This document shows, in pieces, positions 1 to 12,315 of a stretch of DNA of 64,000 nucleotides. The notes beneath the pieces are model-generated. The model was not told the origin of the DNA, did no database searches, and was given only the letters and a program-made list of their open reading frames with translations. This DNA comes from Marsupella aquatica. Lineage: Eukaryota; Plantae; Marchantiophyta. Made by a program: the position numbers and the translations under genes. Where the stretch lies: assembly GCA_973895155.1 (NCBI GenBank), contig OZ316892.1, positions 16,420,357-16,484,356 of the forward strand, read 5' to 3'. Position 1 is the first letter of the stretch, and each line of letters starts with the position of its first letter.

Positions 1-2077
1 AGATTGGTACAAATAAAAGTGCAAGGTCAAAGGGAAGAATACTGCAACCTTGATCTTGGCCGACACTGGCCCCACCCCCAGTAATAGCATGCCAAGCCCC
101 CCAACTACCGCAACTTGGGTAAACCCCACCCCCACTGTCACAACCTACTCCCCCGTCTATTTTATTTGGGACCATTGTGAACAATGGGCCCCTGCCACCC
201 CCTCTTGTTGTGGTGCCCCCGTTGCCTCCAACGTAGCCACCACCAATTCCACCACCCCCTGCAGATCCCATTCCCTCTCCCGTGCAAACTACGGAGGAAG
301 CAGTAGCCCCACCCATGGCAGGACCCCTGCCAAAGACCGTGGAGAAGTACCAAGTAGTTACGGGTACCTTAGTCCACAATTCAAATGATCCAAAAGTTTA
401 GTTAGGACCTTTTAATGGAGCTAGCAAAGTACATCACCCTCCAGGTCACTAACTACTTCCAACCGGCCTTCTTCATGTTGGATCACCACCCATTGCTTAT
501 GGCCCTCTTGCAATACAAACTCATGGCCAAGGGAAACAAGATGGGGGCCTTCAAATGACCATGGAGGGTCTGGAGTCCGCAACCACCACCCACCAAGGGG
601 ATTTAGTTTGCGTCTCAGACCAATGGGATGGACTAAAACTAGAACTACTTAAGGTTCAAGCAGACCTTAAGGAGCAAAAGGTTGTCGTAGCTTGGCTTGA
701 GGAGGAGTCAACGGCTTGGGTTAAGAGCCTAGCCAACCTAAATAGCCAGTTTGTGTAGACCGCCCAGCAGGTGAATATTATCACCTTCAAGTGAGATAAG
801 TGGTTGGCGCAGCATCAGGCCGACCTCAAAATGATTGATAACCTCAAACTAGAGGTGGCGCGTCTGCAAGCCAAGGTGGACAAATTAAGTCTCCAACAAG
901 GCAGAGGAGGCAACTCAAGATAACCAAGCCCTATAGGCTTGGGTTACTCTGCTGGCAAGCTAGAAGGATGGGATGGGAAATGCCTTTGACCAAGGCGACT
1001 CAAAATCCCAGCTCAATAAAGGGACAAACCCAGGGCCATCAGCGTAGCACGCGTGAGGGGTGGTTAGAGGAGGGGGCGGTCAGTCAGCTATGCAATACAG
1101 CAAGAAGGTAGTGGCATCTTAATTTTGGGCTAACTTTAGCGGCATGCTAGTCATTTTTAGACGTTGATTAGCAACGCAGTAGATAGGATTAGGACAAACT
1201 CAGTTAGGACGGTCATCAGACATAGGATAGGATGTCAATAACGTGTTATGAGTGATTGGCAATAATACCTAGGGATTAGGATCGTAGTCAACCGCTCCAA
1301 CAAATTGACACAATCAAGCTAAGTCAATTTGTTGACACTTAATTTCATCAATTTTTGAAGGCCGCAACTAGTTAGGTACTTAGGCAGGGATTTCTTGGGA
1401 GAGGTAGCGTCTCCCGTGGCCCTTTGGCAAAGAGTATTTAAGGACCCTCCTTTCGCTTGGATTGGGGGTGCTTTTTGGTTTATTTTGGAAAAGTAAGCTT
1501 ACATGGTGCATGGGGAGTCTCGCCTTGAGTAGGATTAGAGAGCACTAAGGAGTGAGAGCCAGAGTTGAGCTTGTGGGCAAGTGCAAGGTAGGGTCTCGTA
1601 GAGACTGGGCATCGACTGTCGTTAGGCCTGTTAGTTGCTTAGAAGTTGAGTCAAGTATGTACATGACACTCCTTTCTCTAAGTAAAATATAGTCTTCCTC
1701 TTTGATCTTTGCAAGTAATCTGTGTATTTAGCATGACTTGTCTCCGAAAAATATGTCATTTCAAATGATGCACTGGGTACGGACTAATGGTTGGGATTGT
1801 GGGAAACCGTATGCTAAATACATTGCGAGTTCTTGTTGTTGACAATGGCTTGTAAAGTCCCCAAGCCGGGAGTTAGTCTGAGTCACTAATTGTGGGTATA
1901 TATTCTAGCGGCGGAATCCAAAACATACCTATGATATCCCTATACATAAATATATAGTTGAACTTAGACTAACACGGGTCACTACACCCCTCCTTGCTCA
2001 TAACCTCACCTTTACCGGTGGTCATGTGCACGTCAAAGCTTTAACTTGGAATTAAGGCTCGGGTTGTTAGTGTGACA
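1..2077 (+). mobile_element. 3' part of a long LTR-like sequence (family B), left end outside the window; contains a decayed coiled-coil ORF (555-~920)
   Basis: Ends ...TTAGTGTGACA at 2077. Bases ~1370-2077 are colinear with 55932-56646 (e.g. GTAGAGACTGGGCATCGACTG, CCCAAGCCGGGAGTTAGTC), which ends at the same CA. Confidence 0.65.
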
Positions 2078-2273
2078 ATCTCTATGTGGTCTTGCCATCT
2101 ATATATGTGCTCGTTATTGTCTTTTCCATTGTAATGGCTACTTCTCGCTGATTCAAGAACGGAGGGGATTAGCTTGTGTAAAGGTCATCAGGTGGTTTCC
2201 AACCTTGTTTGTTTGTTTTGCACGTTTGAGCTCTTGTCAATCTCCAATCTTTGCTTCACTAGTACATTAAATG

Positions 2274-3840
2274 GGGTATAACGACCGTGACAGGAAACAG
2301 TAAAAAGGAAACTGGAAACAGCAAAAACTAAACAGGAAAAATGTTCGAGAACAAGACACACAAAGATTGCCAAGATAACATGTAAAATAGAATATTCCTA
2401 AAATTACTGCTGTCAATATGCACATACTGGACTTGCCCCTTATGTTTCCGAGACAAAATTTTGGTGCAAAGTTTATACTTTTGGTCAAGATTAAGAACTC
2501 AACTACCTGAAATCCCACGAAAACATACAAAGCATCCCATCTTTTGTCTTCCAAAAATTTAGGGTTTAGGGTGTGTCCGAAACAAAGTCATAAAACCAAT
2601 GAGGATGGCAACTCATACTCCAGCTTCAACATAGATATTTAAGTGCGTTTATTGTGAGAAAAATATGTACAACTGACTGTGCTCGCAAAACACCAAATCT
2701 ATTCAGGAAACACAGTCATTCATTTATTGAAAAGCTTAACATATTGCCGACCAGCTTGTCCGAGGGTAATACAATGGAAAATTCTAATTGTAATACTAAA
2801 GTCAAGAGGTAATTGACAAAAACAACCTTCGATGGCTAAAAACTCAAAACAAATTGAGAGTCTGAGGGATCATCCATGCTTCTACATTGTTGGGATGAAT
2901 GACAGCCCACACAAGCGTCGGGCGCTACTCAAAACCATATCATTCCTATCTCAAGATCCAAGATCGCCAGAGGACTGACATTCATCGTCCACCACTGCAT
3001 TTGCTCTATTTTGATGTTGTTGAAAACCAAATGTGCTGAACATATTGCCGACCGGCTTGTCCAAGGGTAACACAATGGAAAATCCTCACTGACGAATATG
3101 AACTCAATGTCACTAAGGCTAGAAACTCAATACAAACTTAGAGTCCGAGGGATCGTCTCTGATACTACATTGTTGGGATGATATGACTGCCCATGCTAGC
3201 GTCGGGCGCTACTCAAAACTATGGCATCCTTCTCAAGATCCAGGATTGCACAAAGATCCACATTCATCGTCCACCCTTGCTTTCGCTCTAAACCGATCTT
3301 GCTGAAAACCAAATGTGAAAAATCTCAAATATCGTTGACTCAGAAGTCTTCGAGCTGGAACTGAGGAAGAAGGACCTGGAGAATGTGTCATGGAAATTGA
3401 CACGCCCAAGGAACTCCGCAGTGCGCACTTCAACTTCCCAATCAATATTCTCCGATGGATCTTGGGGAGTGGGATAGTGAATCGAGAAACGTTCCTGAAA
3501 TGGTCTAGGGGGAGAATCGGGAAGCCATGGAATGTTTCGATCACCAGGACTCATCCCTTCATCACGAGGCAAGAAAAGATGATTTCAAATGTCCGATGTC
3601 TCCGTCACGACACTCTCATTGTCCACAATGGAAGTGGATGAAAGTTCAGTTTTCGATTGCGGCACCAACAATGGCACAAGGCGCGGTGGCCTTGCGCCCC
3701 TACCATTAGCAAGGACTCGATGCTCCATCACTCTGGAATCAGGATGGAATGATTCACTTTCTTCAAATGATGCAAAATGAGGAACGGTAAAGGAAAAAAA
3801 AGCGTTGTAAACCCAAAACAAAAACTCTCTGTATGAACAA
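2274..3840 (-). mobile_element. Terminal fragment of the MULE/ParB-methyltransferase transposon family (inner boundary approximate)
   Basis: Starts GGGTATAACGACCGTGACAGGAAACAG, matching the inverted right end of 32461-32810 and 56880-56920. Carries palindromes at 2913 and 3197. Minus ORF 3288-3572 (DEGMS...SPPRPFQERFSIH) is homologous to ORF 52424-52786. Confidence 0.7.
2738..3316. repeat. Imperfect tandem duplication, unit ~300 bp
   Basis: AACATATTGCCGACC(A/G)GCTTGTCC at 2738 and 3039. Each unit contains CTACATTGTTGGGATGA and AGCGTCGGGCGCTACTCAAAA. Confidence 0.85.
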
Positions 3841-3858
3841 TACATTAGCCCTTTCGCA

Positions 3859-6172
3859 TTGGCAGGTAAAGCAAAACCATATTCAGTATGGCCAATTTTT
3901 CTAACAAACTACAATATCCCTCCATGGATGGCCATGAAGAAAGGTCATCTACTACTCTCAATGATCATCCCGGGTCCTAAGCAAGTAAAAAATATTGACA
4001 TCTACTTGCAACCTTTGATTGATGAGCTTTTTCAACTTTGGAGGGGAGTGGATTGTTATGACGGACGTCGCAACACTGGAGGTTTATCTTGCGCATTCAC
4101 CCTCAAGGCCATTCTTACGTGGACCATGCATGATTTACCAGGTAATCACAGTAAACCTTGCAATTAATTTAACCCTATTTCATCAATCTTGCACTTAATT
4201 AAAAGTTGTATTCTTTTCTCTAACCTTCTTTCATTGGTTGGCTGTCCCTTGACCAATCATAGGGTTTGGATATATCTCTGGATTGCAAACATCAGGCTAT
4301 CGAGCTTGCCCTTCATGTGGACCAGATTTGGAGGGAGTGGCAAGATGCAAGTCAACTACTTTGCGGAAGATAGTTTACATTGGTCATACCAAATATCTTC
4401 CAGCAGACCATCCTTGGAGGAGTGACCACTCCCTGTATGACACTGATGAGGGCCAACCTAATACCTGTCCTCAACCTTAGCGAAAGGATGGACCAGCATA
4501 TTGGAGAGAGGTATGGCAAAGAGTTCAAGACCCAGATGATCCATTACAATTTCTCAGATGTGGCATGACCCGTTTGTCTGCATTATCACAGTTGACATAT
4601 TGGTCAGAGATGCCCATTAATCACTTGTTAGATCCAATGCACATTGAGGGGAATGTGGGGAGGTCATTGATTTGTCATCTATGTAGGGAGAAGAACCACA
4701 ATTGGAGAGAAAGTTGTGAGGAGATGGGGATGCATGGTCTTCTTGGTTTTTGGCCATCTTTGGACCCCCCTGGAGACCCCCCTAGCATCCATCCACCTTG
4801 GGTTTTGACTGGGGCAGAGCGCGCTGAGTTTTGCAGACATATTGGGTCAATGAGGTTTTTCACAGGTTATGGCGCAAATCTCCAAAAAGCATTTGGGGGG
4901 GATGATTCTCCAAAATGGCCATCTTACTTGTAAACACATGATTATCATCGGTTACTAGAACATGTCATTCTAGTTGCGATTATTGGATTGGGTAGTGAGG
5001 AACTTCGTGATCATGCCCTTTGGTCATAGGGAAAGCTTTTGAGATTGGTATGTCAGAAGGAGGTACAGGAGGATGAAAGTGCTGCAATGGAGATATTTGA
5101 AGTAGAGGTTATTTGTAAGTTGGAGAAGGCACTCCCTCCCTCTTTCTTTGATGGCCAGGTTCATTTTCTCATACATTTAGTGCATGAGGTTGCAATTGCA
5201 GGCCCAGTGCATTGTCGATGGATGTATTGGGTTGAGCGTTATATGGGGGTGATGAAGTCGTACGTCTCTAATCGCGCTAGGGTGGAAGGTAGCATTGCAG
5301 AGCGTCATCTTGGAGCAGAGAGTAAGTTTTATTGTACAAACATAGTTGCCACACTGTCTAACGCTCCTAGGGGATGGATACATGAGGCAGTGCGCGAGGC
5401 GGACTATGAGGATGATAGACTCACTAGGGCATCAGGAGAGCGTCTCTTGAGCTTAGTGGGGTGTTTGCAGCTCACAACATTTATGTTGTATAATTCACCA
5501 GAGGTTGTAGGGGAGTGGACAACATTTTATGAGGAGGAGAAGAAAAATAGTCGACGACCACGATTATTTCCCAAGTTTCACCCATACATGAAGTCAAAGA
5601 TGTTAGAAGTGGATGCCTTGGTGGGTATTGGGGAGAGCATATCACACTTCCCAAAGGTGACGGATAAGCTTCGTACCTTGATTCATGGTCCACTACTTAT
5701 AGTCACGACCCGGACAGCCATGTGGTCCAAGAGGAGACATTTATGTGTTGAACGACTTGATGAGAAGAGGGCAGCTACACAAGATTGTGGGGTGATGGGT
5801 TGGTTCATCCAGGATTCATAGAGTAGCACATCAGACAGGAATCCCATTCGGTCCACTGTCGCCCATTATGGAAAGATTGAGGAAATCCTTACCATAAAGT
5901 ACCATGCACATACTACTTTGGAGGCAGTGGTATTAAAGTGCAAATGGTTCAAGATGAATCTTGTAGGCCACAACCGGAGATGTGAAGATGATCCATGCGG
6001 TTTTACCCGATTGAAGACAACCGCAAATAGTGTCATCAGCTCAAATTGGAGGTCCTCAGATCCCTTTGCGTTCCCCCTTCACCTTGAACAATGTTTTAAC
6101 CTACCCTATCCAGATGACTCAGATTGGTCCATTGTCATGCCATACATTCCACAATCACGATCCATTGTCTAG
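3859..6172 (+). pseudogene. CACTA transposase (Transposase_21/TNP2 C-terminal part + DUF4218 + DUF4216), 5'-truncated, with stops
   Basis: SVWPIFLTNYNIPPW...IIPGPKQ...DIYLQPLIDEL...WTMHDLPG; HLLDPMHIEGNV; LPPSFFD..VH.LIHL..GPV..RWMY.VER; VVLKCKWF. Likely intron ~4142-4263. Confidence 0.92.
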
Positions 6173-6369
6173 GATAGACCTAACATAGTTGTAGTGGAAG
6201 ATACTGACATTCCCTCCACTAGTTAGATATCTAGTACATCAATGGCGTAGCTAACCCCTACCATCTTATTTTGTGGCTATTTTATTGGCATTACATATTT
6301 ATTTCATGTGTTCTCACTCTCTACCATTGCATAAACTATATTGCTACAAGTATCCATAATCAAACCATG

Positions 6370-6952
6370 ACCACAATACAATGTCCCACTGTGAATCCCA
6401 TGGAATCTACATCGCACAGGCATTGGTACTCGGTTGGAGAACTAAACCTCTTTCCGATATTCAAAGTGATGGAACACATGCGATTCAAAACCTATCGGAA
6501 ACATTTTCTCGTTCCAAAAAACATCGGACCCCTCGGCAAAAATGACAAAGGAGGGGTCCGATATTTTTACCTTTGGACAACTTCCGATACTTTTACTATT
6601 GCACCTAGGTTCCGAACCAATATCTGTCCCAATATTATGTCTGTTGTTTTAAATATCGAACCATGTCTGTTTCTTTTTCCAACAAGCCTCAAGTCCGAGT
6701 GTATTTGCATCGGATGCTAAAGCCTTACTTTTGTTGTCTCTTTGCGATGCTATTAATTTTGGACATTGTCCAATAGATCTGGTATGGAATATGGTTTGCA
6801 ATGCATTTTACATCAGTACCTTTATTTCCAATATATTATGAATCGGAAATTATGATGGTTTTAATATTGGAATTTGTCCGATGCATTCGGTTTTGGACGG
6901 GTAAAAGAAGCCACGATTTGAGTATTGGAAAGAGACCAAAAATGTACTAGTG
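6370..6952 (+). mobile_element. CACTA right end (decayed subterminal TCCGAT/ATCGGA repeats + terminal inverted repeat)
   Basis: Ends CCAAAAATGTACTAGTG at 6952, identical to the end at 23532. Confidence 0.8.
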
Positions 6953-8332
6953 CAAGCCAACGCGTATTGGACCTTGCCATTAAACTAGAATCGGACTATC
7001 ACCTTTCCAACCCAATCACAAACGGGCCGTCACTACGATGTAGGAAAAGTTGGATTGTTTGTCCAAGCCAGAAACAATTGGACTGCTTGGTCCGATTCTT
7101 CTCCAATGCTAGATGAATTGGAAACCCCTTTCCAAAGAAAAATGTAAGCACGTTTTCCGATCAAATTAGAATTGGAAGTTGCCATTCAATACAAATTGGA
7201 AGTTTTTGATGCGCATGGAATTGGATATTCCAAGGTTTTTAGGATTGGACAATTGTTTCCAAGTGGTAGGCAATGGGATTCATATTTGCAATACAAATAC
7301 AATGAGATCTTGGTCCAATTGTTGGTGCAATGGACTTTGTGGTCCAACTCTTTGGGAATTGGAAGTGTGTGTACGATTCATTTAGAATTGGAACCTTTGG
7401 CAAGGCCAGGGTCATCCCTGATCTGCTCATGGAAAGTATTAACCGGCCCTGAATCATGTGTAGCATAGCCTTTGTAGTTTGTGTTCCTAGGATGAGAAAT
7501 CTTATGCCAATGGCCATTCCTATCTTTACAATGCACTACCCTGTAATGGTTACCATAAGTTTTCATTAAATTGTAAGTCAAAGCCTTTTGACTCGATGAA
7601 TTTTTTTTTCTTGCGGTCAACAAAAACAATTGTCTTCATTGTCATCTAGATCAAAACTCTACATATATTGTATCCCTAAATAAACTTAACCACGCCCCAA
7701 AAGGAATTGTAGCAATTTGAGGACATAGGTTTGTTTGGCGATCTGACATAGGTAAATTGGTTCCCATACGGTCAACATAGAGCTTTCATAATTGACCAGG
7801 CAACCCAAAGTCATGATACGCAAGAATTCATCAAGAATTGGCCCAAACTATGGATCTGAATGAACTCAAAGGTGTATAAAAACCCCAGGCACTCTATAAG
7901 GAACATCAAATGTGCCTAAGGTTGCATGTACAATGCAAGAGCTAAGAACTAGGAAGTTAAGCACCTATTGAGAGGAATAGTGTTTGGGATGGGTGACCTT
8001 ACTTCTCTAGTAGCCCACAATCTTGCTAAGACTTGAAGCCTCACACAAAAGAATACACTAGCTAGTGATATATGCCTCCTGTGGAGGAGTAGGATCAGGC
8101 CGGGGCAGCGCTAGGGCCGCCGATTGGGGTAATTGCACTGCAATTTTTGATTTGATTCTAATTGTGACCCTTCCCATTGTAGTACAATAGCACAATAGTT
8201 TTCGATTGCGAAGTACTTGAAAATGGTCATGCCATTCTCACATAATTGGACAATTGTTTGCCATTTCTTTTGAATTGAATGCGTCTTTTTGATACTAGTT
8301 TAATTGGACAAGTCCAATCTCGGTTCGATAAC

Positions 8333-11300
8333 TGTGATGCCTAGCCAGGAATCACTAGGCCAGTTAAGTGGGGAAAATGGAGGTGTACCCTATAAACACA
8401 TTAGTATAGTAACAAAAACAAGGAAAATATAAACAATTAAGGGTGACTATGGAACCCGGGCCGAGGCCGAAGGTAAGGACGTCGGGGGAGAGAACACGAT
8501 TAGGGTTAGGGCGCGCTAAGCATCGGCGGCTAGGGGTAACCAACAGGAGGAAAGACCAGAGGAGGAGAGGGGTAAGGATCGCTCGCGAGAAATGGTGGCT
8601 CATTTGCAAGCACGAATTGGGCAGACGACTACGGAAGGCCAACTACTGTCAGCTGCTTAGGCAAGCACTCTGGGCGGGAGCAGATACCAACGACCGAGTC
8701 AAGGAGTTTGAATGTATGTGGGAGCCTCAAGCCCTGAATCGGAGGCAGAGCAGCCTAAGGCTCCTGCCTGCGGAAAGTAGAGGGAGAGGACAGCCTGGAA
8801 ACCAGAGGAGGAACCAGAGCCCGTGATCTGTGAGGCCATTTTCACGGCAAGACCAGGGGAACAGAGGGGGAAGTCGGGAGTCCAAGCAGTGGAGGAGGCA
8901 GTGGAGGACTACAGCAATGATAACTTCGGCTATGGGTCAGATCATCATGTTCCAGGAGTAAGGACCTGTGGCCAGTTTATCCCCACGCTTCCAAGAGTAG
9001 TTCGAGGGGACCCCACCCAGCAGAGTAGCCCCGAGTCTCCCCCACCAGAGGTTGCTCCCCCGAGCTTTGACGACATAAAGCAGACGGCACAAGAGTTTCA
9101 GGAGCGACTTAGGGAGGAAGAGAAAGCAGCCCTGGCTAGGGAGAAAGATTTACCAGGAGGAGATTGGCCGGAGGACATCAGGCGGCTTGCCGAAAAAAGA
9201 AGCAACCCTCTTGCCACCATAGAAGAAATCCGCAAGGCGGCTTGGGAACAGAGGCCGCGGTGGTTGATGCCGATGACTTCTACTTACTCCACCTATGCTA
9301 AAGATAGAGCCATGGAGTACGGGGAGATGTGTGGCGAACTTGCGTTCAGCATCTTTGGGGAGGAGTTGGAGTAGGGACCCTTTCTCCAGAGGGAGATGTT
9401 GGAGAAGCACCAATTAGAAGAAGCGGTGGCTTTGGAGAGAAGCAAGAAGGACGAGGTCATCCGACGGCTTAGGGAGAAGGAAGTCGAGGTGGAAGACCTG
9501 CAGGCGGCCAAGAAAGCCCAAGATGAGCTGTGGATTAAGCGGCATGAGCTAAACATCATGCAAGGACAATTGGATGCCGCTCAGTCTGGCAATCAGATTA
9601 TCAAAGATAAACTTACTCGGACCCAAGGAGAGTTGGCCGGCGCGGTCAAGGACAGGGAAAAGTGGAAGCAGGAGCTGAGGGACGCAGAGGAGGCCCACAT
9701 AACCGCCAACAACTGGGCCATGGCGGAGACTCAGAGAAGGGAGAGGGCGTTGAAAGGAGAGCTTGAGGATATCCGTGGAGCCCTTGAGCAGAAGGAGGCC
9801 GAGTTAGGGAAATCCTATCAAGGGATTATTGCGCTGCAGCAAGAGCTTGCGTCCCTGATGGCCAGCTTCAAGGCCGACCTGCGTGAGAAGGACGAACAGC
9901 TCGACCAGACTTATGCCAAGATGAATAAGATGGAGTCTGAGGTCGTAACGGAGCTCGACAAGGAGCTAAGAGCAACCCAGGAGGAGAGGGCTACCTTAAA
10001 ATTGGAATTGGAGGAAGCCAGAAAGGAGCTGCAGGAGGGACGGAAGGACCTGGAGGAAGCCCAGGAGGAGTTGGAGGAAACCACCAGGAAGATGGAGAAC
10101 TTATAGCGGCGGGCCGACAACCAAACGGAGCGGCTGAAGAAACAGGCCGCAGTATTTAAGTAGCTTCATCTGGTCCAATTCCAATTGTGGGAACTCCGTT
10201 ACCAGGAGGGGTACTGGCCGAAGGACAAGCCGAGACACATGCCCCAGTGCCGGAGGTAGGTAGCAAAGGGAAGGGACCAGCTACCAAAACAGGGAAGAAG
10301 AAGAAGCGGAAACCTTCTGGATTTGGGAGTTATACAGCTTACCAAGCCGTTGTGACCCAGGAGGTCAACCCGGCACCGACCTCCGACATGGTCACGGCAG
10401 TAGATCCACCTGTTGAAGAAGGTGGGGATGGCAAGGCCGAGGCCGGGACAGCTATTGAAGCCGAGGTACCGGATCCTCCACTAGAACATGTCGGGGAGGC
10501 CGAAGCCGTATCGAAGGCCGTGACCGATGCTGAGACCAAAGCCGAGGGTGGACCCAATCAAGCCGATGAAGTGTTGACTCGGTCCGGGGCAGGTAATCTG
10601 TCAGAGGACGGACCGACGGCAGTGGCTGCGGGGGAAGCATTGGGGGCGTCCATTGAGGATCCGCCACCGGTGTCGTGATGGTGCAAGGGCATCGTTCCTT
10701 TTAGGAAGGGTGGACGTGGAGGTAGGAGGCGTGAGTGGGCAGGGTGGGCTCAGATCTCCAAGTTTAGGATTAGGATCAAGACCAGGAGACGGCCCTAACA
10801 CTTAGATTAGTGGGATGGCGGATCCATTGGTAGGAGCAACACTTGTGCTCCTGCCTCGCTGTACAGTTAGGTAGATTATAGGTAGGATAGATTAAGCTTA
10901 CGCAGCGAAGTTCTGGACAGATCCACTGCCAGGATAAATACCTGGGCAGCGGGGAGTCCAGGGCCTCTTCTTTAGCAAGTTTTTAGTTGCACCAGCAGGG
11001 CTGGGATCAAGTAGTAAGAGAAGCTCTCGGTTAGTTATACAGTGACCCTTGTGTATATTCATGTTTCCTCATACCTAAGAACTGAATAAAGTTGGCCTCA
11101 CGGCTTAGTTCGTAGAGCTTGTGTATGAGATGTACTATTTGTATGGCAAGTGCATGGTATAACTCAGTCAGAAGGAGTCATTTTGCTATTTGTGTATCAC
11201 ATTAACTTGTGTGAAGAGTGCCCACATCAATGAAGGGAAGTAGCAAGGGAGTGAGAGTTGGATGTGTCGAGCTGAGAGAGGTCTTAGCGGCTTAACCAAG

Positions 11301-11579
11301 CCAATTGGGGATCATTCCGGCGGCGGAATCCAAACATACCTAATGGAAGACCAGGAGAGGATTACAAGGGAAAGCCTAGAATAGGCCGGCTAAGTATCTC
11401 ATGACCCGATGAAGGATCTATCCAGTATATGTGTGTAAAATGTTAATAGTAGTAGAAAGAGAGTTAGCAGTGTCCCATGCCGCTAAGCCGCGGAACGGCC
11501 TCGCCGAGGACGAAACCTGCGGGAATCGGCTTGAGCAAGGGGGTTTTCTTGGGTTTGGGGAGCCATGGGATGCACCACA
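8333..11579 (+). mobile_element. 3.25-kb solo-LTR-like element (family A) containing a coiled-coil ORF
   Basis: Termini TGTGATGC...GCACCACA. Perfect 5-bp TSD ATAAC at 8328-8332 and 11580-11584. No adjacent PBS, PPT or gag-pol. Confidence 0.9.
8449..10678 (+). pseudogene. Long coiled-coil protein of unknown function in the family A element, broken by stops and frameshifts
   Basis: Consecutive ORFs 8443-8826, 8823-9374, 9396-10106 and 10187-10678. E/K/L heptad-rich middle, KKKKRK motif, acidic Ala/Glu/Pro tail. Near-identical peptide at 20931-22707 (-). Confidence 0.8.
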
Positions 11580-12315
11580 ATAACGCTAACCCAATTGTTT
11601 GGGGATTGGATGATACGATGCGACTTAAATTGGAACATCGGTAAAAACTGCACCAATCCGCCGAAGGGGTCCGATTTGAGGAGAATTGGATTAAGGGTGA
11701 ATTCTGTACTAGTGCTTTTGGATTAGTTTTATAGTTGGACTTGTTGTAAGTGGTTGCCTTTGTGGTTTGTGGTCTTATTGTTCTTATTCCACGAGCTGAT
11801 TGATTGTGAACTTTATATGACTCTTGAGTCAACGCGACAACAAATTGCACCTACAATAGGTTGTCAACGACTAGCCTAAATGACAAGAAACATTGATTGG
11901 TTGCAGCACCCATGCCTCCCCTTGGATACTAGAATCTCGGGGGGGTCACTCTATGTAAGGCCCTACATCATGTGCAATGTTTTAGGGTCTGGACCCCCTA
12001 ACTTTTAAGTGAATTTTTTTCCTCACACCCTTACTTTATGAAAAGCGACCATTTTTTGAATTAATTACCCCTAAAAATATTTAAGTAAAGTTCTTTCATG
12101 ATTTAAAAAATGCCTATGAAGAGAAGTTAAGTTACTCAATAATGTAGATTCATGCGTGAACAGTTCCATTGAAGTAAGATTCTCCAGCAGAGCATGGTGG
12201 GTGCCAGGTACTATGAATAGGTAACCGAACACCATAGGTTGCCTATTCAAGGCATCAGTACTCTACCTTGTTTCACAAACTCCTGCATGATGATGTCCAC
12301 ATGACGGAGGGGAAT

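Larger units (their letters stand above)
2257..11714. mobile_element. CACTA (En/Spm) element outer boundaries, with nested insertions
   Basis: CACTAGTACA at 2257 and TGTACTAGTG ending 11714. 3-bp TSD CTT at 2254-2256 and 11715-11717. A second CACTA right end at 6952 is an alternative partner but lacks the TSD. Confidence 0.65.

Noticed and set aside
2558-2571. Telomeric repeat TTTAGGGTTTAGGG
   Set aside because: Only two units; such telo-box-like motifs are common in plant TEs.
9396-10106. Host myosin/SMC/tropomyosin-like gene
   Set aside because: Similarity is generic coiled-coil composition, and the ORF lies in a multicopy TSD-flanked element.
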